In this document: in pieces, positions 21,245 through 36,200 of the stretch
Position numbering within the stretch: position 1 is the first letter of the stretch
Layout: every line of letters begins with the position of its first letter
Source: Arcobacteraceae bacterium
Lineage (GTDB): Bacteria > Campylobacterota > Campylobacteria > Campylobacterales > Arcobacteraceae
Length of the DNA stretch: 64,000 nucleotides
Direction: 5' to 3'
NCBI GenBank assembly: GCA_963662945.1
Contig: OY759974.1
Span: 928,001 to 992,000 of the forward strand
Translations under genes and position numbers: made by a program
The notes under the pieces: generated by a model
Told to the model about the DNA's origin: nothing
The model's input: the letters and a program-made list of their open reading frames with translations, nothing else
Database searches by the model: none

Positions 21245-24200
21245 TTATGATTGGTCTACTTGAACATTTGAATCAATCATAATCTGAATTGTTTGCAATT
21301 CATCTCCAGATCCTGCAGTAGATGTAAATGTATTAAATTCATTTCCATTTTCATCAATTGTTGTTTCCCCTGGTGTCCATATATCACTATCTAATGATAC
21401 TCTATCATCTGCATCACCTAGTATAGTAAGAGTATTATTATCTCCTGTCATATTAAGTACATCTTGAGCATCTAAATTTGATATTTCATGTGAACCTTCT
21501 GTCATATCTATAGAATTTATATGTGCTAATTCACTATCAACATCAATATTATTAAAATCTATATCAATATCATCCATATCAAATGTAAAGTCACCATCAT
21601 CAGATATATCTCCCATAGCATCTAAAGAGTTATCTTCATTTGTAACAACTGTACTTGTATCTCCACCATTAATTTCTGTTGAAGTTACACTTGCTGTAAT
21701 GCCACTTATAGAATCATCATCTAATTCAGATGGTGCTGATAAAGTTACTGTTGCATCACCATTTTCATTTGGTGTGATTGTATATGTTCCATCTAAGTTT
21801 GCACTGATTTCATTTCCATTAGCATCTGTTAATGTTGCACCATCTGGTATATTATTCAATGTAATATCACTTAACGTTTCACTTCCATCTGTGTCAGTTA
21901 ATCCTGCATTTAAGTCTATATCATAAGAATATACTGTTTCTGTATTATCTGGAATAGAAGAATCCGTACCCAAAGATACAATACCATCACGAAATTGAAT
22001 ATTTTCTACATTTTGTGTTGTAACTTCATAATGATCTAGATCCCATTCTCCCCATGCATTATAACCAACTTGTTGGATAGTATGAGTACCATCACCATTA
22101 TCTATAATATTAAATCTTACACTACCATTATCTCGAGGTGCGTCAATCACTAAAGTATCTGTTCCTGATCCACCATCAATATTATGTCCTGTTCCAAAAT
22201 TATTCCACAATGATACAGGAGCTTCTATGGTATCATTACCAGCACCTGCATTTATCTCTTTATTATCACCCATTCCTACATTAATAATATCTGATGCTTC
22301 TGTACCATTAATAGTTTCATTATTTGTCCAATAATTATTTGCACTATTAATTACATTTCCATCAATAGGAATTACCTCTGCAGAGACTGCTATAACTTCA
22401 AAACTATCAGACCAACTATTACCTGAAATTTTTATTGAACTAAATTCCTCTTCAGAAGTTATTGTTTGCACTTGATTTCCATTATTTACATCTATCACTA
22501 TAGTATCTACAATATTTCCATTTTCATCTAGTAATTCAACTTTTGCATCATCTTGTCCCATATTATTTCTAAATGTTACATCAACACTATGAGTATTTCC
22601 ACCTAAGTTATACTCTGCTGTATCCCAACCACCATTTACATAATCTGTTGTTGTGTCTGTAAATGTTACTGTTTGTTCTGGATTAACTTCAGTTACAACT
22701 GCATCACCTATTTCCATATCTAAAGTTGGAGCTGATGCTTCATGATCTACTCCTGTTACATTTACAGTTATATCAGCTGTATCTGTATCAACTCCATCAC
22801 TTACTGTATAAGTAAATGTTACATCTGTATTTTCACCTTGATCTAATGTTGCAAAATATTGGCTTGGTGTGAATTCAACTTCACCATTAGGTGTTACTAT
22901 TGCTGTACCTAATTCATTTCCATCAGTATCTGTTATAGTTGCAACTTGTCCATTTGTTACATCTTGTCCATCAATAGCTACAATTGAAAGTTCATCACCA
23001 TCTGAATCTGTATCATTATTTGTTGCATCTACGATTACACTACTATCTTCATCTGTAGTAGCTATATCATCTGATGCTTCTGGGGCATCATTTGGAATAT
23101 AAGCAATGTCTGTATCTATTACTGTATTTGTATCACCTGTACTTAATTCTGTACCCGTTGCCACTATACTTAATTCAAACTCTCCAATACCAGCTGGAAC
23201 TGTTATTGTTAAACTATCTTCTATAGATGTTGCACCTTCTGGTACTGATATAGTCCAAGTTCCATCACCATTATTGATACCTTCACTTAAGGTCGCACCT
23301 TCTGGCACGCCTGTTATAACCACACTTAAACTTTCACTTCCATCTGTATCACTAAGTGCTGCACTAATATCTACTGGATATACATAACCATTAACTACAT
23401 CCTCTGTAGTCATCATAGGTTCTACCACAATTTCTTGTGAAACCATTGGTACTCCACCCTCTATTTCAGAAGCATCTACTTGTTGTGCTGGTGCATCTAC
23501 AAGTACACTTTCGGTGTAAGTCTCTGTAGTAGTTTCCTCTTTTACCCAACCTGATTGTCCCTCATAAGTCACTTCTATATCTTTTACATTTACAATCTCA
23601 TCTGAAGCAGTTGAAGCAACCATAAAATCTAATTGTGCTTGACCATTATCATCTAAATACACCTGATACTCATAAGTATATGTTTCTGATTGATCCCAAC
23701 CTAAATAACTTACATCATCTGACTCATAGGTATTAGCGTTTGAATTACTTGAATAATAATTTACATCCAGCTCTTTTCCATTTGCACTAACACTAAAATA
23801 GTCATTTGTACTTGTAGTGTTATTATCCCAACTACCTTTTACTTCCATTTCAACAGTAATTGTCACAAGTCTATTAGCTAAATCTGGCCCAAAATCAAAT
23901 ACTTGACTTGATTCATGATCTTCTGGATTAAATCCATCAACTTTACTATTTCCAACATTTCCAATATTTGTTATATCAGCACTTTGTGTTATTGTTTGAT
24001 GTTCTGTTTCACTCCAAGAGATTCCAGCAGCTTCCATCGCATCATAATCAGGTACTAATCCTCCAGCTTCAACAGTAACTGTTTCTGGTAATCCTCTTCC
24101 TTGAATAGATTCTACTTCTATATCTGAACCATTTGCAGTCAATCTAACTGCACTAAACTCTTCACCAAAACCATATCCTCTTTCATCATTACCTGTAGGA

Positions 24201-27200
24201 TATGTAGTTCTTGTAGCTATAACTTCCCCGGCATCATTTAAAAACTCAATTTGTAAACTTCCATGAGTAAAATGATTAAAATCTAGTTCTATATTTTTTG
24301 TAGTTTCATCTAAAGTGATAGTTGTGCTTGTTCCACTTTCAATAGTTCCTGGTGTATGAGAAAATTCATTTCCTAAAGATTCAAATGTAGTAGTTTCTGT
24401 CGCCTCTTTCATAATTGGATCAGTTTCTACTACATGTGTTACTTCTCTTTGAACCTCTTGTTCAACAAGTACTTTTGGTGCATTTTCATCTATTACATAA
24501 AAATTTCCTTCTGAATCTATTGTATATCCTAGTTCTCTTAATGCATCAGTATCGACTTGATTTGTATCTACCTCTTGATAGTATGAACCATCTCTTTCAT
24601 AGATTCCAGCTTCCTGATTTGCTACTGTATCTACCACATCAACTTGTGCCATTACAACTGTTGCATCACCTACATCAATAGATGCTGTTAAATCATCTGC
24701 TTGTGTATCGTTTGAAACAAAGTTACCAGTTGCAGTATCATATGTACCATCTGCAAATTTTATAGTTTCTACATTTCGTAGCTCTGTAACATCTCCTATT
24801 CCATCTCCATCACTATCACTTGCTGCACCCTCAGTCACTATTATATTTCCTTGTGCATCTGTTGTGATTGTATAATCTGACATATCTTTACCAAATGTTA
24901 CTGTATCGTTTCCATCGCCACCATCGATTACTACACTATCATTTGTGTCATCATTTGTACTTGTTACATATCCATTTTCATTTGTTCCTGAAAGTGTATC
25001 ATCCGTATTGATTGTATCATTTCCACTTCCTGCCATTACAAAGTCATCTGTTGATTCAGTATTTCCATTTGACCAATTTCCATGCCAATAATGTGTTGTA
25101 TCTGTTTGTTCAGTTGTATTTCCTGCACTATCTGTTTCTGTTACACTAAAAAATTCATTATCATTTATTGGTGTTCCTGTTAAATTTTCAATTTGAATAG
25201 ACCAAGTACCATCTGCTTGCACCTCTGTTGTTCCTACTGCTTGATTATCCTCATTGTATAATGTAATTGTATTTCCAACTTCTGCACCAGTTCCAGTCAT
25301 AGTTACTGATGTATAATCACCATCATTATCTACTATATCTGTTATTGATAATAAGTCTGCATCACTTGCCTCAGTATCTACTGTGATATCTCTTGCACCT
25401 TCACTTGTTACTGTGTTACCTGCTGCGTCTGTTGAAGAAACTGATACTGCAACTGAGTTATCAGCTACTAAATCTGTTGTTGCTACATCTACTGAATAAG
25501 TTCCATCTGCACCAACTGTTGTTTCATAATCAGTTCCATTTACTGTTACTGTTACTGTGTCACCCTCAGCGATATCTCCACCGTTTGCAGTTCCACTTAC
25601 TGTGATTGTTGCTTCTCCACTTTCACTAGCATTGATAATATCATCTCCTGCAATTGTAGAAACTGTTACTGTTCCTGCATCTGCTGTTGTATCTACTGTG
25701 ATATCTCTTGCACCTTCACTTGTTACTGTGTTACCTGCTGCGTCTGTTGAAGAAACTGATACTGCAACTGAGTTATCAGCTACTAAATCTGTTGTTGCTA
25801 CATCTACTGAATAAGTTCCATCTGCACCAACTGTTGTTTCATAATCAGTTCCATTTACTGTTACTGTTACTGTGTCACCCTCAGCGATATCTCCACCGTT
25901 TGCAGTTCCACTTACTGTGATTGTTGCTTCTCCACTTTCACTAGCATTGATAATATCATCTCCTGCAATTGTAGAAACTGTTACTGTTCCTGCATCTGCT
26001 GTTGTATCTACTGTGATATCTCTTGCACCTTCACTTGTTACTGTGTTACCTGCTGCGTCTGTTGAAGAAACTGATACTGCAACTGAGTTATCAGCTACTA
26101 AATCTGTTGTTGCTACATCTACTGAATAAGTTCCATCTGCACCAACTGTTGTTTCATAATCAGTTCCATTTACTGTTACTGTTACTGTGTCACCCTCAGC
26201 GATATCTCCACCGTTTGCAGTTCCACTTACTGTGATTGTTGCTTCTCCACTTTCACTAGCATTGATAATATCATCTCCTGCAATTGTAGAAACTGTTACT
26301 GTTCCTGCATCTGCTGTTGTATCTACTGTGATATCTCTTGCACCTTCACTTGTTACTGTGTTACCTGCTGCGTCTGTTGAAGAAACTGATACTGCAACTG
26401 AGTTATCAGCTACTAAATCTGTTGTTGCTACATCTACTGAATAAGTTCCATCTGCACCAACTGTTGTTTCATAATCAGTTCCATTTACTGTTACTGTTAC
26501 TGTGTCACCCTCAGCGATATCTCCACCGTTTGCAGTTCCACTTACTGTGATTGTTGCTTCTCCACTTTCACTAGCATTGATAATATCATCTCCTGCAATT
26601 GTAGAAACTGTTACTGTTCCTGCATCTGCTGTTGTATCTACTGTGATATCTCTTGCACCTTCACTTGTTACTGTGTTACCTGCTGCGTCTGTTGAAGAAA
26701 CTGATACTGCAACTGAGTTATCAGCTACTAAATCTGTTGTTGCTACATCTACTGAATAAGTTCCATCTGCACCAACTGTTGTTTCATAATCAGTTCCATT
26801 TACTGTTACTGTTACTGTGTCACCCTCAGCGATATCTCCACCGTTTGCAGTTCCACTTACTGTGATTGTTGCTTCTCCACTTTCACTAGCATTGATAATA
26901 TCATCTCCTGCAATTGTAGAAACTGTTACTGTTCCTGCATCTGCTGTTGTATCTACTGTGATATCTCTTGCACCTTCACTTGTTACTGTGTTACCTGCTG
27001 CGTCTGTTGAAGAAACTGATACTGCAACTGAGTTATCAGCTACTAAATCTGTTGTTGCTACATCTACTGAATAAGTTCCATCTGCACCAACTGTTGTTTC
27101 ATAATCAGTTCCATTTACTGTTACTGTTACTGTGTCACCCTCAGCGATATCTCCACCGTTTGCAGTTCCACTTACTGTGATTGTTGCTTCTCCACTTTCA

Positions 27201-30200
27201 CTAGCATTGATAATATCATCTCCTGCAATTGTAGAAACTGTTACTGTTCCTGCATCTGCTGTTGTATCTACTGTGATATCTCTTGCACCTTCACTTGTTA
27301 CTGTGTTACCTGCTGCGTCTGTTGAAGAAACTGATACTGCAACTGAGTTATCAGCTACTAAATCTGTTGTTGCTACATCTACTGAATAAGTTCCATCTGC
27401 ACCAACTGTTGTTTCATAATCAGTTCCATTTACTGTTACTGTTACTGTGTCACCCTCAGCGATATCTCCACCGTTTGCAGTTCCACTTACTGTGATTGTT
27501 GCTTCTCCACTTTCACTAGCATTGATAATATCATCTCCTGCAATTGTAGAAACTGTTACTGTTCCTGCATCTGCTGTTGTATCTACTGTGATATCTCTTG
27601 CACCTTCACTTGTTACTGTGTTACCTGCTGCGTCTGTTGAAGAAACTGATACTGCAACTGAGTTATCAGCTACTAAATCTGTTGTTGCTACATCTACTGA
27701 ATAAGTTCCATCTGCACCAACTGTTGTTTCATAATCAGTTCCATTTACTGTTACTGTTACTGTGTCACCCTCAGCGATATCTCCACCGTTTGCAGTTCCA
27801 CTTACTGTGATTGTTGCTTCTCCACTTTCACTAGCATTGATAATATCATCTCCTGCAATTGTAGAAACTGTTACTGTTCCTGCATCTGCTGTTGTATCTA
27901 CTGTGATATCTCTTGCACCTTCACTTGTTACTGTGTTACCTGCTGCGTCTGTTGAAGAAACTGATACTGCAACTGAGTTATCAGCTACTAAATCTGTTGT
28001 TGCTACATCTACTGAATAAGTTCCATCTGCACCAACTGTTGTTTCATAATCAGTTCCATTTACTGTTACTGTTACTGTGTCACCCTCAGCGATATCTCCA
28101 CCGTTTGCAGTTCCACTTACTGTGATTGTTGCTTCTCCACTTTCACTAGCATTGATAATATCATCTCCTGCAATTGTAGAAACTGTTACTGTTCCTGCAT
28201 CTGCTGTTGTATCTACTGTGATATCTCTTGCACCTTCACTTGTTACTGTGTTACCTGCTGCGTCTGTTGAAGAAACTGATACTGCAACTGAGTTATCAGC
28301 TACTAAATCTGTTGTTGCTACATCTACTGAATAAGTTCCATCTGCACCAACTGTTGTTTCATAATCAGTTCCATTTACTGTTACTGTTACTGTGTCACCC
28401 TCAGCGATATCTCCACCGTTTGCAGTTCCACTTACTGTGATTGTTGCTTCTCCACTTTCACTAGCATTGATAATATCATCTCCTGCAATTGTAGAAACTG
28501 TTACTGTTCCTGCATCTGCTGTTGTATCTACTGTGATATCTCTTGCACCTTCACTTGTTACTGTGTTACCTGCTGCGTCTGTTGAAGAAACTGATACTGC
28601 AACTGAGTTATCAGCTACTAAATCTGTTGTTGCTACATCTACTGAATAAGTTCCATCTGCACCAACTGTTGTTTCATAATCAGTTCCATTTACTGTTACT
28701 GTTACTGTGTCACCCTCAGCGATATCTCCACCGTTTGCAGTTCCACTTACTGTGATTGTTGCTTCTCCACTTTCACTAGCATTGATAATATCATCTCCTG
28801 CAATTGTAGAAACTGTTACTGTTCCTGCATCTGCTGTTGTATCTACTGTGATATCTCTTGCACCTTCACTTGTTACTGTGTTACCTGCTGCGTCTGTTGA
28901 AGAAACTGATACTGCAACTGAGTTATCAGCTACTAAATCTGTTGTTGCTACATCTACTGAATAAGTTCCATCTGCACCAACTGTTGTTTCATAATCAGTT
29001 CCATTTACTGTTACTGTTACTGTGTCACCCTCAGCGATATCTCCACCGTTTGCAGTTCCACTTACTGTGATTGTTGCTTCTCCACTTTCACTAGCATTGA
29101 TAATATCATCTCCTGCAATTGTAGAAACTGTTACTGTTCCTGCATCTGCTGTTGTATCTACTGTGATATCTCTTGCACCTTCACTTGTTACTGTGTTACC
29201 TGCTGCGTCTGTTGAAGAAACTGATACTGCAACTGAGTTATCAGCTACTAAATCTGTTGTTGCTACATCTACTGAATAAGTTCCATCTGCACCAACTGTT
29301 GTTTCATAATCAGTTCCATTTACTGTTACTGTTACTGTGTCACCCTCAGCGATATCTCCACCGTTTGCAGTTCCACTTACTGTGATTGTTGCTTCTCCAC
29401 TTTCACTAGCATTGATAATATCATCTCCTGCAATTGTAGAAACTGTTACTGTTCCTGCATCTGCTGTTGTATCTACTGTGATATCTCTTGCACCTTCACT
29501 TGTTACTGTGTTACCTGCTGCGTCTGTTGAAGAAACTGATACTGCAACTGAGTTATCAGCTACTAAATCTGTTGTTGCTACATCTACTGAATAAGTTCCA
29601 TCTGCACCAACTGTTGTTTCATAATCAGTTCCATTTACTGTTACTGTTACTGTGTCACCCTCAGCGATATCTCCACCGTTTGCAGTTCCACTTACTGTGA
29701 TTGTTGCTTCTCCACTTTCACTAGCATTGATAATATCATCTCCTGCAATTGTAGAAACTGTTACTGTTCCTGCATCTGCTGTTGTATCTACTGTGATATC
29801 TCTTGCACCTTCACTTGTTACTGTGTTACCTGCTGCGTCTGTTGAAGAAACTGATACTGCAACTGAGTTATCAGCTACTAAATCTGTTGTTGCTACATCT
29901 ACTGAATAAGTTCCATCTGCACCAACTGTTGTTTCATAATCAGTTCCATTTACTGTTACTGTTACTGTGTCACCCTCAGCGATATCTCCACCGTTTGCAG
30001 TTCCACTTACTGTGATTGTTGCTTCTCCACTTTCACTAGCATTGATAATATCATCTCCTGCAATTGTAGAAACTGTTACTGTTCCTGCATCTGCTGTTGT
30101 ATCTACTGTGATATCTCTTGCACCTTCACTTGTTACTGTGTTACCTGCTGCGTCTGTTGAAGAAACTGATACTGCAACTGAGTTATCAGCTACTAAATCT

Positions 30201-33200
30201 GTTGTTGCTACATCTACTGAATAAGTTCCATCTGCACCAACTGTTGTTTCATAATCAGTTCCATTTACTGTTACTGTTACTGTGTCACCCTCAGCGATAT
30301 CTCCACCGTTTGCAGTTCCACTTACTGTGATTGTTGCTTCTCCACTTTCACTAGCATTGATAATATCATCTCCTGCAATTGTAGAAACTGTTACTGTTCC
30401 TGCATCTGCTGTTGTATCTACTGTGATATCTCTTGCACCTTCACTTGTTACTGTGTTACCTGCTGCGTCTGTTGAAGAAACTGATACTGCAACTGAGTTA
30501 TCAGCTACTAAATCTGTTGTTGCTACATCTACTGAATAAGTTCCATCTGCACCAACTGTTGTTTCATAATCAGTTCCATTTACTGTTACTGTTACTGTGT
30601 CACCCTCAGCGATATCTCCACCGTTTGCAGTTCCACTTACTGTGATTGTTGCTTCTCCACTTTCACTAGCATTGATAATATCATCTCCTGCAATTGTAGA
30701 AACTGTTACTGTTCCTGCATCTGCTGTTGTATCTACTGTGATATCTCTTGCACCTTCACTTGTTACTGTGTTACCTGCTGCGTCTGTTGAAGAAACTGAT
30801 ACTGCAACTGAGTTATCAGCTACTAAATCTGTTGTTGCTACATCTACTGAATAAGTTCCATCTGCACCAACTGTTGTTTCATAATCAGTTCCATTTACTG
30901 TTACTGTTACTGTGTCACCCTCAGCGATATCTCCACCGTTTGCAGTTCCACTTACTGTGATTGTTGCTTCTCCACTTTCACTAGCATTGATAATATCATC
31001 TCCTGCAATTGTAGAAACTGTTACTGTTCCTGCATCTGCTGTTGTATCTACTGTGATATCTCTTGCACCTTCACTTGTTACTGTGTTACCTGCTGCGTCT
31101 GTTGAAGAAACTGATACTGCAACTGAGTTATCAGCTACTAAATCTGTTGTTGCTACATCTACTGAATAAGTTCCATCTGCACCAACTGTTGTTTCATAAT
31201 CAGTTCCATTTACTGTTACTGTTACTGTGTCACCCTCAGCGATATCTCCACCGTTTGCAGTTCCACTTACTGTGATTGTTGCTTCTCCACTTTCACTAGC
31301 ATTGATAATATCATCTCCTGCAATTGTAGAAACTGTTACTGTTCCTGCATCTGCTGTTGTATCTACTGTGATATCTCTTGCACCTTCACTTGTTACTGTG
31401 TTACCTGCTGCGTCTGTTGAAGAAACTGATACTGCAACTGAGTTATCAGCTACTAAATCTGTTGTTGCTACATCTACTGAATAAGTTCCATCTGCACCAA
31501 CTGTTGTTTCATAATCAGTTCCATTTACTGTTACTGTTACTGTGTCACCCTCAGCGATATCTCCACCGTTTGCAGTTCCACTTACTGTGATTGTTGCTTC
31601 TCCACTTTCACTAGCATTGATAATATCATCTCCTGCAATTGTAGAAACTGTTACTGTTCCTGCATCTGCTGTTGTATCTACTGTGATATCTCTTGCACCT
31701 TCACTTGTTACTGTGTTACCTGCTGCGTCTGTTGAAGAAACTGATACTGCAACTGAGTTATCAGCTACTAAATCTGTTGTTGCTACATCTACTGAATAAG
31801 TTCCATCTGCACCAACTGTTGTTTCATAATCAGTTCCATTTACTGTTACTGTTACTGTGTCACCCTCAGCGATATCTCCACCGTTTGCAGTTCCACTTAC
31901 TGTGATTGTTGCTTCTCCACTTTCACTAGCATTGATAATATCATCTCCTGCAATTGTAGAAACTGTTACTGTTCCTGCATCTGCTGTTGTATCTACTGTG
32001 ATATCTCTTGCACCTTCACTTGTTACTGTGTTACCTGCTGCGTCTGTTGAAGAAACTGATACTGCAACTGAGTTATCAGCTACTAAATCTGTTGTTGCTA
32101 CATCTACTGAATAAGTTCCATCTGCACCAACTGTTGTTTCATAATCAGTTCCATTTACTGTTACTGTTACTGTGTCACCCTCAGCGATATCTCCACCGTT
32201 TGCAGTTCCACTTACTGTGATTGTTGCTTCTCCACTTTCACTAGCATTGATAATATCATCTCCTGCAATTGTAGAAACTGTTACTGTTCCTGCATCTGCT
32301 GTTGTATCTACTGTGATATCTCTTGCACCTTCACTTGTTACTGTGTTACCTGCTGCGTCTGTTGAAGAAACTGATACTGCAACTGAGTTATCAGCTACTA
32401 AATCTGTTGTTGCTACATCTACTGAATAAGTTCCATCTGCACCAACTGTTGTTTCATAATCAGTTCCATTTACTGTTACTGTTACTGTGTCACCCTCAGC
32501 GATATCTCCACCGTTTGCAGTTCCACTTACTGTGATTGTTGCTTCTCCACTTTCACTAGCATTGATAATATCATCTCCTGCAATTGTAGAAACTGTTACT
32601 GTTCCTGCATCTGCTGTTGTATCTACTGTGATATCTCTTGCACCTTCACTTGTTACTGTGTTACCTGCTGCGTCTGTTGAAGAAACTGATACTGCAACTG
32701 AGTTATCAGCTACTAAATCTGTTGTTGCTACATCTACTGAATAAGTTCCATCTGCACCAACTGTTGTTTCATAATCAGTTCCATTTACTGTTACTGTTAC
32801 TGTGTCACCCTCAGCGATATCTCCACCGTTTGCAGTTCCACTTACTGTGATTGTTGCTTCTCCACTTTCACTAGCATTGATAATATCATCTCCTGCAATT
32901 GTAGAAACTGTTACTGTTCCTGCATCTGCTGTTGTATCTACTGTGATATCTCTTGCACCTTCACTTGTTACTGTGTTACCTGCTGCGTCTGTTGAAGAAA
33001 CTGATACTGCAACTGAGTTATCAGCTACTAAATCTGTTGTTGCTACATCTACTGAATAAGTTCCATCTGCACCAACTGTTGTTTCATAATCAGTTCCATT
33101 TACTGTTACTGTTACTGTGTCACCCTCAGCGATATCTCCACCGTTTGCAGTTCCACTTACTGTGATTGTTGCTTCTCCACTTTCACTAGCATTGATAATA

Positions 33201-36200
33201 TCATCTCCTGCAATTGTAGAAACTGTTACTGTTCCTGCATCTGCTGTTGTATCTACTGTGATATCTCTTGCACCTTCACTTGTTACTGTGTTACCTGCTG
33301 CGTCTGTTGAAGAAACTGATACTGCAACTGAGTTATCAGCTACTAAATCTGTTGTTGCTACATCTACTGAATAAGTTCCATCTGCACCAACTGTTGTTTC
33401 ATAATCAGTTCCATTTACTGTTACTGTTACTGTGTCACCCTCAGCGATATCTCCACCGTTTGCAGTTCCACTTACTGTGATTGTTGCTTCTCCACTTTCA
33501 CTAGCATTGATAATATCATCTCCTGCAATTGTAGAAACTGTTACTGTTCCTGCATCTGCTGTTGTATCTACTGTGATATCTCTTGCACCTTCACTTGTTA
33601 CTGTGTTACCTGCTGCGTCTGTTGAAGAAACTGATACTGCAACTGAGTTATCAGCTACTAAATCTGTTGTTGCTACATCTACTGAATAAGTTCCATCTGC
33701 ACCAACTGTTGTTTCATAATCAGTTCCATTTACTGTTACTGTTACTGTGTCACCCTCAGCGATATCTCCACCGTTTGCAGTTCCACTTACTGTGATTGTT
33801 GCTTCTCCACTTTCACTAGCATTGATAATATCATCTCCTGCAATTGTAGAAACTGTTACTGTTCCTGCATCTGCTGTTGTATCTACTGTGATATCTCTTG
33901 CACCTTCACTTGTTACTGTGTTACCTGCTGCGTCTGTTGAAGAAACTGATACTGCAACTGAGTTATCAGCTACTAAATCTGTTGTTGCTACATCTACTGA
34001 ATAAGTTCCATCTGCACCAACTGTTGTTTCATAATCAGTTCCATTTACTGTTACTGTTACTGTGTCACCCTCAGCGATATCTCCACCGTTTGCAGTTCCA
34101 CTTACTGTGATTGTTGCTTCTCCACTTTCACTAGCATTGATAATATCATCTCCTGCAATTGTAGAAACTGTTACTGTTCCTGCATCTGCTGTTGTATCTA
34201 CTGTGATATCTCTTGCACCTTCACTTGTTACTGTGTTACCTGCTGCGTCTGTTGAAGAAACTGATACTGCAACTGAGTTATCAGCTACTAAATCTGTTGT
34301 TGCTACATCTACTGAATAAGTTCCATCTGCACCAACTGTTGTTTCATAATCAGTTCCATTTACTGTTACTGTTACTGTGTCACCCTCAGCGATATCTCCA
34401 CCGTTTGCAGTTCCACTTACTGTGATTGTTGCTTCTCCACTTTCACTAGCATTGATAATATCATCTCCTGCAATTGTAGAAACTGTTACTGTTCCTGCAT
34501 CTGCTGTTGTATCTACTGTGATATCTCTTGCACCTTCACTTGTTACTGTGTTACCTGCTGCGTCTGTTGAAGAAACTGATACTGCAACTGAGTTATCAGC
34601 TACTAAATCTGTTGTTGCTACATCTACTGAATAAGTTCCATCTGCACCAACTGTTGTTTCATAATCAGTTCCATTTACTGTTACTGTTACTGTGTCACCC
34701 TCAGCGATATCTCCACCGTTTGCAGTTCCACTTACTGTGATTGTTGCTTCTCCACTTTCACTAGCATTGATAATATCATCTCCTGCAATTGTAGAAACTG
34801 TTACTGTTCCTGCATCTGCTGTTGTATCTACTGTGATATCTCTTGCACCTTCACTTGTTACTGTGTTACCTGCTGCGTCTGTTGAAGAAACTGATACTGC
34901 AACTGAGTTATCAGCTACTAAATCTGTTGTTGCTACATCTACTGAATAAGTTCCATCTGCACCAACTGTTGTTTCATAATCAGTTCCATTTACTGTTACT
35001 GTTACTGTGTCACCCTCAGCGATATCTCCACCGTTTGCAGTTCCACTTACTGTGATTGTTGCTTCTCCACTTTCACTAGCATTGATAATATCATCTCCTG
35101 CAATTGTAGAAACTGTTACTGTTCCTGCATCTGCTGTTGTATCTACTGTGATATCTCTTGCACCTTCACTTGTTACTGTGTTACCTGCTGCGTCTGTTGA
35201 AGAAACTGATACTGCAACTGAGTTATCAGCTACTAAATCTGTTGTTGCTACATCTACTGAATAAGTTCCATCTGCACCAACTGTTGTTTCATAATCAGTT
35301 CCATTTACTGTTACTGTTACTGTGTCACCCTCAGCGATATCTCCACCGTTTGCAGTTCCACTTACTGTGATTGTTGCTTCTCCACTTTCACTAGCATTGA
35401 TAATATCATCTCCTGCAATTGTAGAAACTGTTACTGTTCCTGCATCTGCTGTTGTATCTACTGTGATATCTCTTGCACCTTCACTTGTTACTGTGTTACC
35501 TGCTGCGTCTGTTGAAGAAACTGATACTGCAACTGAGTTATCAGCTACTAAATCTGTTGTTGCTACATCTACTGAATAAGTTCCATCTGCACCAACTGTT
35601 GTTTCATAATCAGTTCCATTTACTGTTACTGTTACTGTGTCACCCTCAGCGATATCTCCACCGTTTGCAGTTCCACTTACTGTGATTGTTGCTTCTCCAC
35701 TTTCACTAGCATTGATAATATCATCTCCTGCAATTGTAGAAACTGTTACTGTTCCTGCATCTGCTGTTGTATCTACTGTGATATCTCTTGCACCTTCACT
35801 TGTTACTGTGTTACCTGCTGCGTCTGTTGAAGAAACTGATACTGCAACTGAGTTATCAGCTACTAAATCTGTTGTTGCTACATCTACTGAATAAGTTCCA
35901 TCTGCACCAACTGTTGTTTCATAATCAGTTCCATTTACTGTTACTGTTACTGTGTCACCCTCAGCGATATCTCCACCGTTTGCAGTTCCACTTACTGTGA
36001 TTGTTGCTTCTCCACTTTCACTAGCATTGATAATATCATCTCCTGCAATTGTAGAAACTGTTACTGTTCCTGCATCTGCTGTTGTATCTACTGTGATATC
36101 TCTTGCACCTTCACTTGTTACTGTGTTACCTGCTGCGTCTGTTGAAGAAACTGATACTGCAACTGAGTTATCAGCTACTAAATCTGTTGTTGCTACATCT

